A stretch of DNA of 62,988 bases, counting the filler, from Babesia bigemina (lineage: Eukaryota): NCBI RefSeq assembly GCF_000981445.1. It is 9 parts of 9 records of this genome, joined end to end, with 100 filler letters (N's around TTAATTAATTAA, not from the genome) between each part and the next. Parts side by side here need not be neighbours in the genome. Positions count along the whole stretch, not along the records: positions 18,964 to 33,588 come from NW_012237256.1; 8 more parts are not named here. One strand, 5' to 3'. The number at the start of each line of letters is the position of its first letter. The first letter of the stretch is position 1. The notes under the pieces are model-generated. The model was not told where the DNA came from. It ran no database searches and saw only the letters and a list, made by a program, of their open reading frames with translations. This document shows, one piece after another, positions 22,001 to 33,688 of the stretch. The position numbers and the translations under genes were made by a program.

Positions 22001-22998
22001 CATGCCGAGTGAGCCATATCAAAATGGGTTTCAATTCAGCGCATTTCCCAATGAAAGCGAAAAACGGATTCTACATATATAGCTTCTTGATTGGACCGTG
22101 TTATAATAATGTAGACCCGCTCGAGAAGCTTTGCAGATATCTCATCTGCCTCACTAGGCGAACGCCGCGTACCACCGGGGAACTGCTCTCGTTCTTCCAC
22201 AACTTCGGGAGTGAGTTGCACAAACATGTTACAGGAAGCTTGTCCGACCTAGGCATCGCACTCACCAATGCGCCTAAGTTATTTCCTAAATGGGAGCATC
22301 TTGGTAAATCCGACCTCAAAGCCCTGCAGGACATCGGGGGTTCCGACTCTTCAAATCACGGCCATGTCAAAACTCTATCCACGTTGGTTGGGTGTGAGAT
22401 AAAACCTGTGAACTGCCCTAAACTTTGCTGGCCCATCATGCACCGGCCCTACGCCGTCTACTCGCCATGCCTCGCCCAGACATACCTCAGCTGGGTGGTC
22501 TACCTGGCCGATACACTCCGCGAGTCACTCGACAGGTTGCGTTACGATTTCACTAGGCACAAAGTTTCCAAGTGCGGATCAATTCATCACTGCCACGACG
22601 CCCTGCCCTACCTCTACTTTCACGGGTTCACGCCACCGGAGGGCACGTCAACATCACTAGTCACGTGTTCACAGGTCATCACCAAGTTAGAGGAAGTGAT
22701 CAACGGTGGGCCTATCGCGAAGCTTATAACCTGCATGGACAAGTTCCTCTACAGGGTACGTGGGCCATTCATCTTCCTCAGCCTCGCACTGTGGCCCACC
22801 GCATTCCTCTTGTTCGCCCACACGGCGCTATACCGCCTGGACGTGCTGCGCATACAATCTCACTTCATGCGCTCCAGGGGGTCTCACGTCATCGATGTCA
22901 AGGCGTTACTCACGGACGGCACGAAGATGCCCTCGCTCTACGACATCGATTACTTCGACGACGAAGCACTCGCGCACGCGTGGAACAGAATTTATTAA
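19096..22998 (+). CDS. ves-like surface antigen with long Pro/Ser/Gly/Gln low-complexity insert (...HVIDVKALL tail type); 5'-partial
   Basis: The frame is open upstream of the annotated Met (WNECKG...YYGGIIPGGFNPME). Motifs TVREMLCWL, GWSDCQFG, SPLQGFL, YLSWVVYL, TM, RLDVLRIQSH...YDIDYFDDE. Confidence 0.85.
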   Translation, partial: WNECKGATSILGWGGGYGDDLDKYLHAKKTSDYYGGIIPGGFNPMEVRYDSSAYPQGSNMAYDLGSILSKNGHNFFRDIFSTTVVSDSGKDKVNIANALHLVDVFCHIVAEEAKKNDGGELIETLNEDLRKTTKHSNTPIYWQYLKEHCAGLQSQLDKLFADGAFSQTGQSPKVSMLKTKEFAERTAQWLRENLKNVKNHLQNCVISIGDIDGRNTRKLGEHFTKNVFAYGFIFGFNPNGSHRMNAADLLKIWGSVIDTLKQKADGLEKLEEILNGKLPAPPPPEPVSPQPNQTEATNPVVVIAPGAQRQDKQGEGPQDRSSAPSAATFSDSQLGNSDSLSTSVVKGDADTARPKGDPGTPGPGGPQPQDNSRSQAQRIVQPQKPIQSQLAPSSSVFPHSAAGLAVDPGKGSVGGVPSGQQRAASQSPSRIQPTGVQRADHTSHGVPDAGSEVRLGGQASSSQFSQHNGIASPTDTNFVSSLNSGFVSSSGGGGVNGIGDPTSGSNATHNQRIKVPNNMIPDRCAGGIHVRDNDTSYCQTKGVAVKARDWQTKWERAENQKWIDDKRKQQEALNQAALQRDFQNSIEIQTKSIREHPSRRSYPHAPRVAAELKKRNSKGDPQALSVRKHRDNVQVGEATGHAASGASGIPRSMRTPIIHVLGHALKRPDVKSAESIRPLIHHKFMTRTLPSDPIVKLPKKLNRAIAKRVIQPIKVLFDKPPPMSLPHIPRRIRLSKSFLEFPPPSLTPVDFDDHPAAAVIPSVCPVKYANTAVDKLPPTDTSRPSPRTVREMLCWLGDLPNAPSYEELIKHIMYVFGKSKSIDAIPESFSTEDVTEALSQTCGHASSVLAGIHGSGPDVSKSHYERYGAPLMYYSDDPHTLLCQVLSYVYATCHQLSFLRTQCRRGRDSGGWSDCQFGKGVKSSETWQCTEHPLGFKKSNHRGCNPSPLQGFLTDCSVLPTYWYDRDNTCRVSHIKMGFNSAHFPMKAKNGFYIYSFLIGPCYNNVDPLEKLCRYLICLTRRTPRTTGELLSFFHNFGSELHKHVTGSLSDLGIALTNAPKLFPKWEHLGKSDLKALQDIGGSDSSNHGHVKTLSTLVGCEIKPVNCPKLCWPIMHRPYAVYSPCLAQTYLSWVVYLADTLRESLDRLRYDFTRHKVSKCGSIHHCHDALPYLYFHGFTPPEGTSTSLVTCSQVITKLEEVINGGPIAKLITCMDKFLYRVRGPFIFLSLALWPTAFLLFAHTALYRLDVLRIQSHFMRSRGSHVIDVKALLTDGTKMPSLYDIDYFDDEALAHAWNRIY

Positions 22999-23799
22999 TG
23001 ATCGTCGTACGATGGCTGCTCACGATTGTTGCTGTGTATTTATGATGTGGAATGCCCGGCCGATGATGCCGAAGCACAGCCGGGGGTGGTGTAATTTGAT
23101 ACACCCCTGTTGCTCATACTGTTAGTAGTGATCTGGCAGCACGGCGATTGCGGCTAGGTACAGTTACATATTGTTCTGTTAACTGTGCCATATAGACCTA
23201 GCTGCTATCGTATGGCTACATATGACCACAGGTATGACAGTGCCGCATTAAGCTACCAGCCGTTGCGTAGACTTGGGGCTTCCAGTGTCGTTGCTTCCAA
23301 ACGTGCAAACACATTCGACGCTGTGGAAATTGCTAACGCGCACATGGGCGTACAACGCAATATATGGATACGTAGGATCGGATTTTGGTAGATATGTCGC
23401 CCATGTTCAGCTTGTCTGTACGTATAAGTTGCATTACTAACCTCCGAGCTACATGTTGAAAGCCGTAGATGCATGGCTTAACAATCATGTGAGACCAGTG
23501 TGAGGTGTCATTCAGTCGCCCTTAGGCATTCACCTCCAATGTACGTAGACGATGCGCGCTGTCTACACATTGTCTACACACTCGGCTCCCTCAACCAGAC
23601 CCATTTCGACAACAACCGACTCCACCTACTGCATACACTTCCTAAAATTTTCAATTCGACTGCCTGTAATATATTCAACGTCACCCACCCTTACACATGC
23701 AACGCAGCCTTCCTGGAGCCGTCGTCCAGGGTGTGTAGCATCCTTGCGTAACAGCGGCATCACACATCATGTTTGTCTTTAATTTTTAACACCTGCGCA

Positions 23800-25634
23800 A
23801 TGTCGGCGGCGGGTGTGCAACGGGAAGGCGCGGTGCTGCCGACGGTGAAGTTGTCGGAGCTGACGTCGCGGTATGTGCAGCGTCGAGGAATCTAACCGGC
23901 CGCAGCGACGACATCGATGACGATCTCACGGACACTATCCTCGTTCTGAGGCAGACTGAGTCGCCTTCCGATGTGAGTTGATCTCTTGAGGCGCCCAGGG
24001 CAAAGTAGACACAGGCATCCTCGGAGGACATCGTGATCAACGTGCACAGCGGCGTGTTGCGAGTGGCGTCGCCGTTCTTCATGCGCGCGTTCAACGATAT
24101 CCAGAGCACCGAGAGGATACGCCAGGACCTCGGCGGAGTGTGCCAGGGAAGGATTAAGTACACGCTGGTCACCCCTCACCCGCTGGCGGTACAGAGGATA
24201 CTGTACTACATTTACAAGTGAGTTCGATCTCCTCTGCCGCATGCTGCCCAGGAATGACTACCAGAACGTGACCGAGGAGCCTCAGCTGCTGGTGCCGATG
24301 TACCAGGAGTCCGCGCGCTTCGGCCTGGCCGACCTGAAGCAGAGCTTGCTGAGGATCATCCGGAGCCAGCAGAGTCTCCAGGTCCTTGCGAGCCTGTCTT
24401 ACGCGGCCGAGAGCTCCGGAGAAGTAGAGCTGGCACGTGACTGCGGAAGGGTGTTGGCGGACGCCGCATTCGCCGTCTTCTCGGGTAGGCACAAACCTAT
24501 GAATGTAACATCCACTTGCTTGCAGGGGGCTTGCTCCAGCGCATGGGAATGGCCGCCATCAAGGCGCTGCTGGAGAGCGACAACTTGCAGCTGGACGAGG
24601 TGCAGACGTTCACCGCGCTGTGCCAGTTCCTCGAGTCGAACGCGCGGTTTGTGAGCCCGTACGCGTCGGCACCGATAGGCCCTAAGGAGAAGGTACGTTG
24701 CGATTACCACTGATGACGCATTCACCAGGACCTGTTGCAGTATGTGAGGTTCTGTTCGATGGCGCCGAAGGCTATCGACCAGCTGAGGCACGACAACCTC
24801 AGCTCGCTGCTGCTCGACGCCGCGCTGCGCATCCTCCAGGGCGCCACCAAGAAGCCGCGCCACTTCCCGTGGACAGACAACGCCGATTACACGTGCATGA
24901 CCTACAAAGGGCTCTTTCCGGTGCTGGTTATCCGCGCGTCGAGGGAGCAGCTGGGCCTCTTCGACCCCAACACGGGCAACGCCAAGCTAGTTACGCCGAA
25001 CATCACCAAGCTCCCGTCAGATCCTCGATGCGGCCTCTCGTTCACCGTCGGCACCGAGCGCGAGATGAGCGTCTGCTGCTGGGCGTACGAGGTCTCCAAA
25101 ACCAAGAGTGGCAACATCGCATTCGGAATCGCATTCGCGTCGCAGGACCCTATCGACGACGCGTCACGCACGTGCTTCGTGTCGATGACCAGGTCCAGGA
25201 GGGTGGTGTTCTACTACGAGTTCGCCGAGGACACCTTCAAATCCGGGTACATCGAGCCAGGTGCCAACAGGTTCGCCCTCCACCGCGGCGCTCATCCCAT
25301 CGCAGGCAAATCAAGGCAGAGTGGACATACGAGTCCAAGCCCGGGCAGTACCCGCACAATCTGAAGCAACGAGACATCGTGACCGTGAACGTCGTCGTGG
25401 CCACCAGCTGTGTCGCGTTCTCAGTAGGCGTCCTCGGCACGTCCTTGAAGCGCTCCTTCCAGATCCCGCACCGCACCAGTGTCAGTTTAGAGTAACCAAG
25501 CCTCTCACATCTCACAGGGCGTCTTGGGGAGCGTGATGAGGAAGCCCTGCATCGTAGGCGCGCCGTTCTTCATGCTGCACGACGTGGGCGACTCCCTCTG
25601 CATCCCGGAGCTGCGAGCCGACTTCACGGTCTAG
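23800..25634 (+). CDS. BTB/POZ (BACK-like) domain protein, multi-exon
   Basis: ATG 23800 and short GT-AG introns (e.g. 23871-23905). Exons encode DTILVL, INVHSGVLRVASPFF, ILYYIY, LLESDNLQLDEVQTF, LQYVRF. Last exon ends ...RADFTV* at 25634. Confidence 0.8.
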
Positions 25635-25697
25635 AGGGATTAGATGTCACTATAATGTTTAGCTGAACACGTGTCTCTTTGCGTAAGAATACGATGC

Positions 25698-26666
25698 CTA
25701 GCCGCTGGGGTTGCGCAGGCTCCTGAGGTCCTGCGGCCACTCCTTGCACTCACTGAAGTGGAAGACGATATACTCGCTCATCCCGCCTCTGGGCTCGTTA
25801 CCTGATAGGCGCTGTGCGGTGATAGCGTCGCTTAACCTACCGTATTGGAACCGATGCATGTCGCGGATCTCGTCTTTGAGGGCAACGCTGGCTTCGCTGC
25901 GTCCAGCGGTAAAGCGGCGCCTGTTCGTCACCGGTTTGAAGGTACACTCCTCATCCGATTGCGTACGTTGTTCATCACGCGTTCCTGCAAAATCAGTGCA
26001 CCAGGCAGGGCGTTCGTCACCACTCCCAGCCTGTGAGTCGTACAGGTCACCACCCCTCACCTGCCCCGGTCCACGGCCTGGCGAGCTGATGGCGTTGTCG
26101 TCACACTCCCCTGCGGCTGTTTTGAGGGAGCTAAAGTAGCGTGATATAGCGTTACAAGGTTGACGGAGCTGCGCCAAAGGCGAAGTGTCGTCCCGTGCCA
26201 GCGCCCCAAGTGACGACTCCAGCTGCCTGATGAACGGCTCCTTCCCGATCCGACCGTCTACCAAGGCGTGCTTCGTCACCGCTAACACTTCACACAACAG
26301 CTCGAATAGGTCCGGACTTGCACGCTTGAGTGGCGCGATGAAGGCCATGGCCTCGGCGGGGCTTATGTGCCCCCTGTCCTCGAAGTCGAGGAAGTGGAAG
26401 CATCGCAAGATGTTACGCAGCAGGCAGCGATCAGCGTCGTCGACGCTAGAGGTACGAGGACTTGCCGAAGATCCTGTTCCACGCGCCTCTGGTGACCCTG
26501 GAGGGGCTCTGACGTAGACTGCCGAACGGGTGGCGGAGGCCTTGTGGCCGACATGGAAGGATTGCAGACGGCGGGGATCGGCCATTCTCATTGCATCTCC
26601 CGTAGCATATGTAGGTGGCATTGGCGAAGAAGGAGCGCTTATACCTATGGATACCGAAATGTGCAA
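25698..26666 (-). CDS. Hypothetical protein with an EF-hand-like loop (start uncertain)
   Basis: 322-aa ORF; FHFLDFEDRGHISPAE and an ECTFKP motif. Confidence 0.6.
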   Translation of the reverse strand: MHISVSIGISAPSSPMPPTYATGDAMRMADPRRLQSFHVGHKASATRSAVYVRAPPGSPEARGTGSSASPRTSSVDDADRCLLRNILRCFHFLDFEDRGHISPAEAMAFIAPLKRASPDLFELLCEVLAVTKHALVDGRIGKEPFIRQLESSLGALARDDTSPLAQLRQPCNAISRYFSSLKTAAGECDDNAISSPGRGPGQVRGGDLYDSQAGSGDERPAWCTDFAGTRDEQRTQSDEECTFKPVTNRRRFTAGRSEASVALKDEIRDMHRFQYGRLSDAITAQRLSGNEPRGGMSEYIVFHFSECKEWPQDLRSLRNPSG

Positions 26667-27002
26667 GCTCTAGAGCGAATTCAAGCAGTTAGACACAGAC
26701 GTGCCACGGCAACAGTAGCCGACGTCGCCTCAATCACATCGCGATCATTTCACTGCATAATGCATGATACGTGATGATTAAACATAATTTGTCGTTGGTC
26801 GTACTAATCGTCACCGGACTGGGCCGATGTGCAGCGTAACGCGCTACCGGAGGGGGCGTCGAACTGCCGTAAAGGAAACAACGATACTGACAGAATTTGT
26901 ACTATATTCAAAAGGCAGCGAAAAACCGCTATCATACGTGCCCTCTGCTCTGCTTGCTTGACCTTTCTTTTGACGAAAGCATTCCCCTGCCGACCTCCTC
27001 CA

Positions 27003-27836
27003 ATGAGCACGTACCTCGTCTGTCTGCCCAACGGCGCCACCCGTAGCCTGTGGGTGGATTACGAGGCGCTATGTGAGTCGGTTGGTAGCCGAGAGGCGCT
27101 GTGCCTCCACTCATGCGCTCAAGGAGACCCCTGCCGTCGGAGCGTTCCGTGCCTCTCTAGCTACATATTTCCGTCGCTGATCGAGCAGAACTTCGGGATT
27201 GGCAGGGAGTCGAGCCGTCTATCGATACGCGGGGGAATAAGAACGAAGGTTGCAGTCGACCCTCACGCCACTATTGACCCGTCGGGGATAACAGTGCCGG
27301 GCCCCTCTTCCCAAGCGGAATCCGATTGTCGCGGTGATTACACACAAAACAGCTATGACACCGAATTATGCACTGGTTCCGCCCACCAACTGCTCAAGGA
27401 CGACGTGGTGATAAGCGTGTCATGCAGGCTACTCGGGGGTAAGGGAGGGTTCGGCGCCCTGCTGAAGGCCAAGGGCAACCGCAAGAAGCAGAGCTCCAAC
27501 GTCGACTCGTGTAGAACTCTTACTGGCGAACGCATCAGGCACACGCGGCTGAACGAGCTTGCCCAGAGGCAGCGGGAGAGCACGGTGGATCCCGGCGTTG
27601 CGCGGTTGCCGCTGCCAAAGGAAGCACCCGAGCCGGCAGTGGACGCTTCAACGCAAGCAACCCACCTCAAGCACGTGAAGAAGGTGCGCAAGGAGTCCAA
27701 GCGGGTGAAGAGCACGGTAGTGAAGGGGCTTACTAACTCGACGTCGGTTGAGGGGCAGACGCAAACGGACGCGGAGCGGCAGCAGTTGGTGGAGCGGGCG
27801 CTGAATCAGTGCATGGACGTATATGATCTCGCCTAG
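27003..27836 (+). CDS. SDE2: Sde2-like protein (ubiquitin-fold N-terminus, cleaved at GG|KGG)
   Basis: RLLGGKGGFGALLKA...SNVDSCRTLTGERIRH signature. Probable ATG at 27003. Confidence 0.88.
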   Translation: MSTYLVCLPNGATRSLWVDYEALCESVGSREALCLHSCAQGDPCRRSVPCLSSYIFPSLIEQNFGIGRESSRLSIRGGIRTKVAVDPHATIDPSGITVPGPSSQAESDCRGDYTQNSYDTELCTGSAHQLLKDDVVISVSCRLLGGKGGFGALLKAKGNRKKQSSNVDSCRTLTGERIRHTRLNELAQRQRESTVDPGVARLPLPKEAPEPAVDASTQATHLKHVKKVRKESKRVKSTVVKGLTNSTSVEGQTQTDAERQQLVERALNQCMDVYDLA

Positions 27837-28228
27837 ATATGTGGCACGGGTGTTATCCGGCTATTAAGACCCATTATGGTCCCGCTTATATACTGGTGAG
27901 CAGTATGCGTAACGGACGCATCTCACTGCTTCTGGCAATATTAGACATCGCAATTAATGTAGCAAACGTTGTTAATTAAATTCTGTGAGTTAAGTGGCAT
28001 AATATCGAGCACGTTTGCCCACCTCCGCCGCGAAATGTAAGCTCCGCCCTGGTGATGGTGTGTCGAAGGTCACGTTACCTGGAGCAGTTAGCGGATTCCA
28101 CCGCTCTATATGCCTATGCCTCTGTCGTTTTAATGTAGCATTGGCCAGGAGGATGGCTGTCTTGATGTGTCGCAGTTAAGGCTGCCTTCTGCCCGGTCAC
28201 AACGTCCACTGCTTCCTGCGCCGTCACG

Positions 28229-29255
28229 ATGCTTTTCACCAAGACCTTCCTCTGCAACCTCGACTGGGATAGCGTGACGGTGGGTTAAGCATCGTGATGT
28301 GTATTTGGTTCCCTGATGTATGCTTATCTGTTGCCTTCCGTAGTCGGCTATGCCTTGGTCATCTGTCTGCAGCGCGCCTTCTATCGCATGTACCCCTCGA
28401 AGTACTACCCGCACGTGAAGGAAGTCCACTTCATCGACCATGAGCTGGTGCCGGAGCAGCGCCAGCTGCGGGTGCGCCGCATTGCCAGGGTGAAGTACGA
28501 CCTGCCCTCGATCGTCCGTGAGTTAATGCGCACTGTAGAATCTTCAGTCATTGAGATTGGTTTGTCTTTCGTGTATGAGTTTATGATTGCTTTCGTTTTT
28601 CTGCTGTTGAAGCCTACAAGTGCAATTCTGTGATGCGTCCATGCCCGGTGTCATGGTATAATGCGCGTGACCTAGTATGCGTTGAACAAAAACCATCTGT
28701 GCGCCACAAAGGCCGCAATGTGATGATTGTATCCATTGTGCTCGATTATGTAGCGCTAACATGTGGCACGCGATGTGATGCATAGTGTGGCGCTCAAAAG
28801 CTGATATTCATATTTCCTGCCCACGTGCGCTATCCTCCGCTTGGAATTCCCATCCGCCCTGCAGACTACATCGTGGGGCCGAGCATAGAGTACTTCGTGC
28901 TGGAGGACTCTGTCGTGGATTTGGGTGCTAGATGCCTGTCGCACAGAACGTTCGGGTTGACCATGAAGGACTCGTACACGTGAGCTCCAGCGGTTATCGT
29001 GACAAAACGCGCAGCTACAACGAGACGGCGACTATACGGGTGGCGCCAAACGGCCAGTCCGAGTACAGCAGCTCAACGGACTTCGGGATCCTTGCCTTCG
29101 GCTTCCTCAACTCCACGCTGGAAGCAGTAAGTCCGCCAATCCGCGCGGTTTTCATCAGCCATATCCAGGTTGCGCGCCGTGTGGTGAGTGACTTCTCCAA
29201 GACTGAGGCCCACCATAAGGCGCTGATGCAAGCCGCTGCGAGCCTCGGTGACTAG
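28229..29255 (+). CDS. PRELI/MSF1 (Ups-like) mitochondrial lipid-transfer protein, multi-exon
   Basis: Exons MLFTKTFLCNLDWDSVT / AFYRMYPSKYYPHVKEVHFID...LRVRR / YFVLEDSVVDL / ...YNETATIRVAPNG fit the PRELI pattern. Confidence 0.75.
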
Positions 29256-29399
29256 TTGCGGAACCTGGCTCCACTGCGTGACTTAAGTGGCCAACTGTGG
29301 GTATCGGTAATGCTAACGTTGACGGCTACACTTATGTTTACATAAAACATTAAGATGCGTTGTCTTGTTTACTTACGTGGAGCTGATCCAACGGTGGTA

Positions 29400-29945
29400 T
29401 TATTGCAGCGCGTGCTGCGCCACCTCCGGCTTGTGGGCGAGGAGCGACTCTATGTGGTCCAGGACGAAGAAGGCCACTATGCCGCTGATGTCCATCCCGT
29501 AGAGGGCAGGAATCGCCGCCTGGAAGAGCTTGAGGTACGCGTCGGTCGCTTGGTAGACGGCGTCAAACGGGAAGAGGTAGGGGTTCACCTGCGGCAGCCA
29601 CTCCAGCAGGTTGCGGACGTGGAGCAGGAACCTGAAGATGCGAATTCCGTACACAGCGCCGAGCACAATGCCAGCACCGTGATCCTTCCACGTCTGCAGC
29701 AGCGCGCGCTCCCACGCCGTAGGCTTCGGAGCTGTTACCTGCGACAAGGCGGCAGGCGGCGAGGCACCACCGCACGCCCTGGTCTGAACCTTCCTAGGGC
29801 GGTGCCACCCGCTGCAATATACACCCTGCTTAAGGATGGAAGACGGTTGCAGAAAGCACAGGGAAGGCTGACGAGAGTTGCAGTACCGCGTCGCGCTGAC
29901 ACATACGGCCGGCAGCAACACACTCAACGTAAGCAAGGCTCTCAT
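29400..29945 (-). CDS. YGGT/YlmG family membrane protein, probably apicoplast-targeted
   Basis: RNLLEWLPQVNPY...ATDAYLKLFQAAIPALYGMDISGIVAF. N-terminal signal peptide plus basic transit-like segment. Confidence 0.88.
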   Translation of the reverse strand: MRALLTLSVLLPAVCVSATRYCNSRQPSLCFLQPSSILKQGVYCSGWHRPRKVQTRACGGASPPAALSQVTAPKPTAWERALLQTWKDHGAGIVLGAVYGIRIFRFLLHVRNLLEWLPQVNPYLFPFDAVYQATDAYLKLFQAAIPALYGMDISGIVAFFVLDHIESLLAHKPEVAQHALQ

Positions 29946-30080
29946 GGCAGCCTTCCATCGGTAAATACAAACGAGGACACAAATTACAATTCTCACGTCC
30001 CGCACATCACGTCGGGGGGCCTGTTATCCCTCACAACGTTCGCCTGTCCATTTGCGCCGCCTTCCTCGCCATTGCCCACA

Positions 30081-30418
30081 ATGGAGTCGCGGACTAGCAC
30101 CACCACCTCCTCCAGCGCTGGCAGCACGCTGGAAGTCACGCGCGAGGGCAACATCGCAGGGTTCCGGGAGGAGCTCATCTACGAGACCATCAGCCTGGAC
30201 GACTGCCACTACGACGAGTCCGTTCAGGTCTTCTACTACGCGTGCCCGTGCGGGGACCTGTTCGAATTCACGCTGGAGCAGCTCAAGGCAGGTGAGTGCA
30301 CTCGACCACGGTCTTATCCCATGCAGGCAACCTCGTGTCGGAGTGTCCCAGCTGCTCGCTCCGGGTGCGCATGGACCTCAAGGACGGCGACCTGGACCCT
30401 TACATTGCGACCTGCTAA
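30081..30418 (+). CDS. DPH3: Diphthamide biosynthesis protein 3 (CSL zinc finger)
   Basis: IYETISLDD...YYACPCGDLF, intron 30292-30326 (GTGAGT...ATGCAG), then ECPSCSLRV...TC*. Confidence 0.92.
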
Positions 30419-30524
30419 TGGCAATACGCTAACTTCGGCGTTGTTAGTGTAGCATTTGCGCCACGTATCGGCTCGTGTAACTCTATCGCATTCCTAATTG
30501 TATTAACGTTTCCACCATGCGTCG

Positions 30525-32673
30525 TCACAGGGACAGCAGCTCCCGGGGGTTGCAGCTGTCCTTGGAAGCGCGGTTACGGAGGTCCGGCACCCTGTGCCTC
30601 GCTCTCTTGGCCCTGGGGTACCAGCGGATTGGCGAGCCCGTCAGGTTGAGTGACCGCCGGAAAAAGACCTCCAGGTACTCGGCGTAGTCGTCGGTCAGCA
30701 GGCGCTCGTCGTTGCAGAACAGCGCAATGCCAGGTGGCTCGCTGTGAACCTGGATGGCGTTGTTGCGTGCAGAATGCTAGCGGTGTTTACCTGGCAGACG
30801 TAGTAGATGTTCAGTCGTTTCCCATGCGTCACGGGCGGCTTCTGGAGGAAGGTCGCCTCTCGCAGAACCTCGTTCAGCAAGGCGGTGGTGAAACTCTTGG
30901 AGAACTGCGCAACAGTGTAGCCGTGGAATGTGCAATGGCAAGCATGGATACCCGTTACAATGCAGCGCTGCTTACCTGTTCGTGCGCGTTCTGGCATGCC
31001 TCCAGGACGTTGCTGACTCGCTGTGCGGTCTTGGCGGAGGTGAAGACGACATCGGCGTAGTCCAGCCAGTGCAGCTTCTCCTTCACGTAGCCAACCGCGT
31101 TCTTGTACACCGTGGGATCCTTGTCCACCAGGTCCCACTTGTTGCACACGATGACCGCGGCACGGCTCTCCGCCCGTATCTCCTCGGCCAGCTTCACGTC
31201 GTTGCGGGAGATGCCCCAGCTCGCGTCCACCACCAACACGCACACGTCGCTCTTGCGGATTGCCTGAGAAAAGGTCAGCATATGCAGGGCCGGGCTCGGC
31301 AGATGCCGGGGCAACTCACCCTCAGGCTGCGACCCTTGGGGAGGAAACTCCGACGGTCCTTCGACTGTAGACGCATGCCGGCGGTGTCGATCAATAGGTA
31401 ACGCTGTTCCCCTAGAAGCAGTGATTAGCGAAACTTCAGGTACGAGATGTACACTACGGCATACATCCAGCAGTGCCAACTTGACACACCCGGTGTTTAC
31501 TAACGACTGCCATGGTTCACATAGAAGCCATTATATGCATACACAGGGCACAACGAGGTTGTACATTAGCGCACCCATACCTCTGACAATGGGCACCTCC
31601 ACCGTGTCCAGGGTGGTGCCCTCCTTCGGCGACACCAGGCAGCGTGAGCTCCCAGCCAGCAGATTCACCAGCGAAGACTTGCCGCAGTTGGGTCTGAAAC
31701 ATATCCAAGGTGACAACCAAGTACCAACCTCCCGACGAACGATACCACCACGTCGTGCCGCTCCTCTATAGTGCAACGCCCAAATCCGGCAACGCAACTG
31801 CAGCCAGCTTAGCGTCAATGAAGCACCACCTACTCATTGAGGAGCTCCGCGAGCCCAGTGCCGTGCAGCGCGCTCACTGGGTACGGACGGCCCAGACCCA
31901 GCCTCCAGAATTGCTGAGCAACGTGACACCGGCACCACGCCACGTACCTCAGCCAAAACGTCGCCAAAGTGGAACGACTCGCACTTGTTCACACACAGCA
32001 ACACGCGCAGATTTCCCCTCTTTTTCAAAGCGTCCAGCACGAAGTCCCGCACCTCCAGGTCACCCTCGGTGAGCCCTTCCTGGCCGTCAACCACCACTAT
32101 GGCCACCGACGCATGGTCCAGAGAATCTCCCACTTGGGCCTTAATCTAAGCGCTCATGAGCCACTTTCCAGCCGCACTCACCGACTCGGCGTATTCACTC
32201 TCGTCCTCCAGCCCGCCGGTGTCTATTAGCCGGAAGGTGCACCCCTCCCAGTCGGCCAGCGCATATTGGCGATCCCTGACACGGAGTTACGTAGTTAGCA
32301 ATGCGCACTACCTAGTGGTGCCTGGCGATTCCGACACTATGCTGCCGCGGTGGAACTGAGCGGTTATGCGAGCGAATCACGTCGCATGGCACCTCACCTG
32401 CTTGGAGATGCGATTGAAGATGGAGGATTTGCCGACATTCGGACGACCAACGATTGCAACCACAAGCTCGCATGGTGAATCTACGCGGTCATCTGGTTCC
32501 TGCAGCTGAGATTCTCCTTCTCCGGAGGGTTGGAAGTGCGCTCGTCGTACTGCAGGCTGCCGGCACGAAGCCGACCTTGCACTAAGTGCCCAGCAGCATT
32601 CTTGGCACGGCTGCCGGAACCCGTACACCACGCTGTGAGCCACAACTATCAGCGAGATGCTCAGGAATCTCAT
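30525..32673 (-). CDS. der: Der/EngA double GTPase, probably apicoplast-targeted, multi-exon
   Basis: Signal peptide, [24 protein letters not shown], second [11 protein letters not shown]...GTTLD, DTAG, NKWD, FTSAKT, C-terminal GSPIRW. Confidence 0.92.
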
Positions 32674-32981
32674 GAAATCATGACATTGAGCACCTACGGA
32701 GGCCGCACATGTGCGACGCTTCTACACCCCTACGAAGGCAGCCAACGCAACACATCCCGGCGATACGGGCACTACATGGCGTGTATAGTTTTTGTATACG
32801 GTTGTTGTACGGTGGAGTTCGTGTCTATCTCAGTCGCGGACGGTCAGAGCCGCATTCCTGCTCCACTGGCCGGCGAATGGACGACGAAGAAGGCCCAGCA
32901 GCGCGATAATACTGTGTTAATACACTTACTATAGTATCTACAACAGCTATGCCCCTAATGCCGACCTATTGCCGAGTTGCC

Positions 32982-33588
32982 TCATCTGTTGAAGAAGGAC
33001 CTACAACACCGTCACACAGCACTCAGCAACGAACTCACGTCAGCGTCATCTGGTGGAGCTGCTTCTGAGGCTTCTTCAGCAGCCCCTTTCTGTCACCCTC
33101 CGAGCTGCGTTCTTCCCGGCCATGCTTCAGCGGAGCCGAGGTGGGCCCTCGGGCAGGCGAGTTCACCTGAACGTACTCATCGCTCTCCTCCACCACGAAG
33201 TAGCCGCTGTCCACGTAGGTGTTATCGCGCGTCACCTGCAACCTTTAAGGCGCTTATCCGATAAAGCGACACACCTTTTCCACGTAGCTCACTGGGCGGT
33301 CATTGCAGCTTGCGTCGTCCAGCTCCATGGCTTCGCAGGGGTCGTCTGAACGCGTGTGGCGCGGATACGCACCGACTCACCGCACTCAAACAGGGAGCCT
33401 TCCAACGCGTCGCTCTGCGATATCGCAGCCGGGGCGACCTGGGATGAGGGTGCCGCCGCACTGCTGCTGGGCTGCGCCAACTTTTGGGACACGAACGACT
33501 GGAAGTCTTTGTGCGTGTTTGCTGCACTCTCGCCTGGCGCTGATGTAGCTATCCTCTCGACTCTCGGCTGCGTCGGTTGCGTTGCCCC
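32982..33588 (-). CDS. POLD3: Probable DNA polymerase delta subunit 3 (Cdc27/Pol32), 3' part
   Basis: TRDNTYVDSGYFVVEE motif. Removing intron 33001-33038 creates the terminal PIP box QMTLTSFFNR*. Confidence 0.7.
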
Positions 33589-33688
33589 NNNNNNNNNNNN
33601 NNNNNNNNNNNNNNNNNNNNNNNNNNNNNNNNTTAATTAATTAANNNNNNNNNNNNNNNNNNNNNNNNNNNNNNNNNNNNNNNNNNNN

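Noticed and set aside
29355..30452. 365-aa plus-strand ORF
   Set aside because: Antisense shadow of the YGGT gene running into DPH3 exon 1; the real DPH3 start is 30081.
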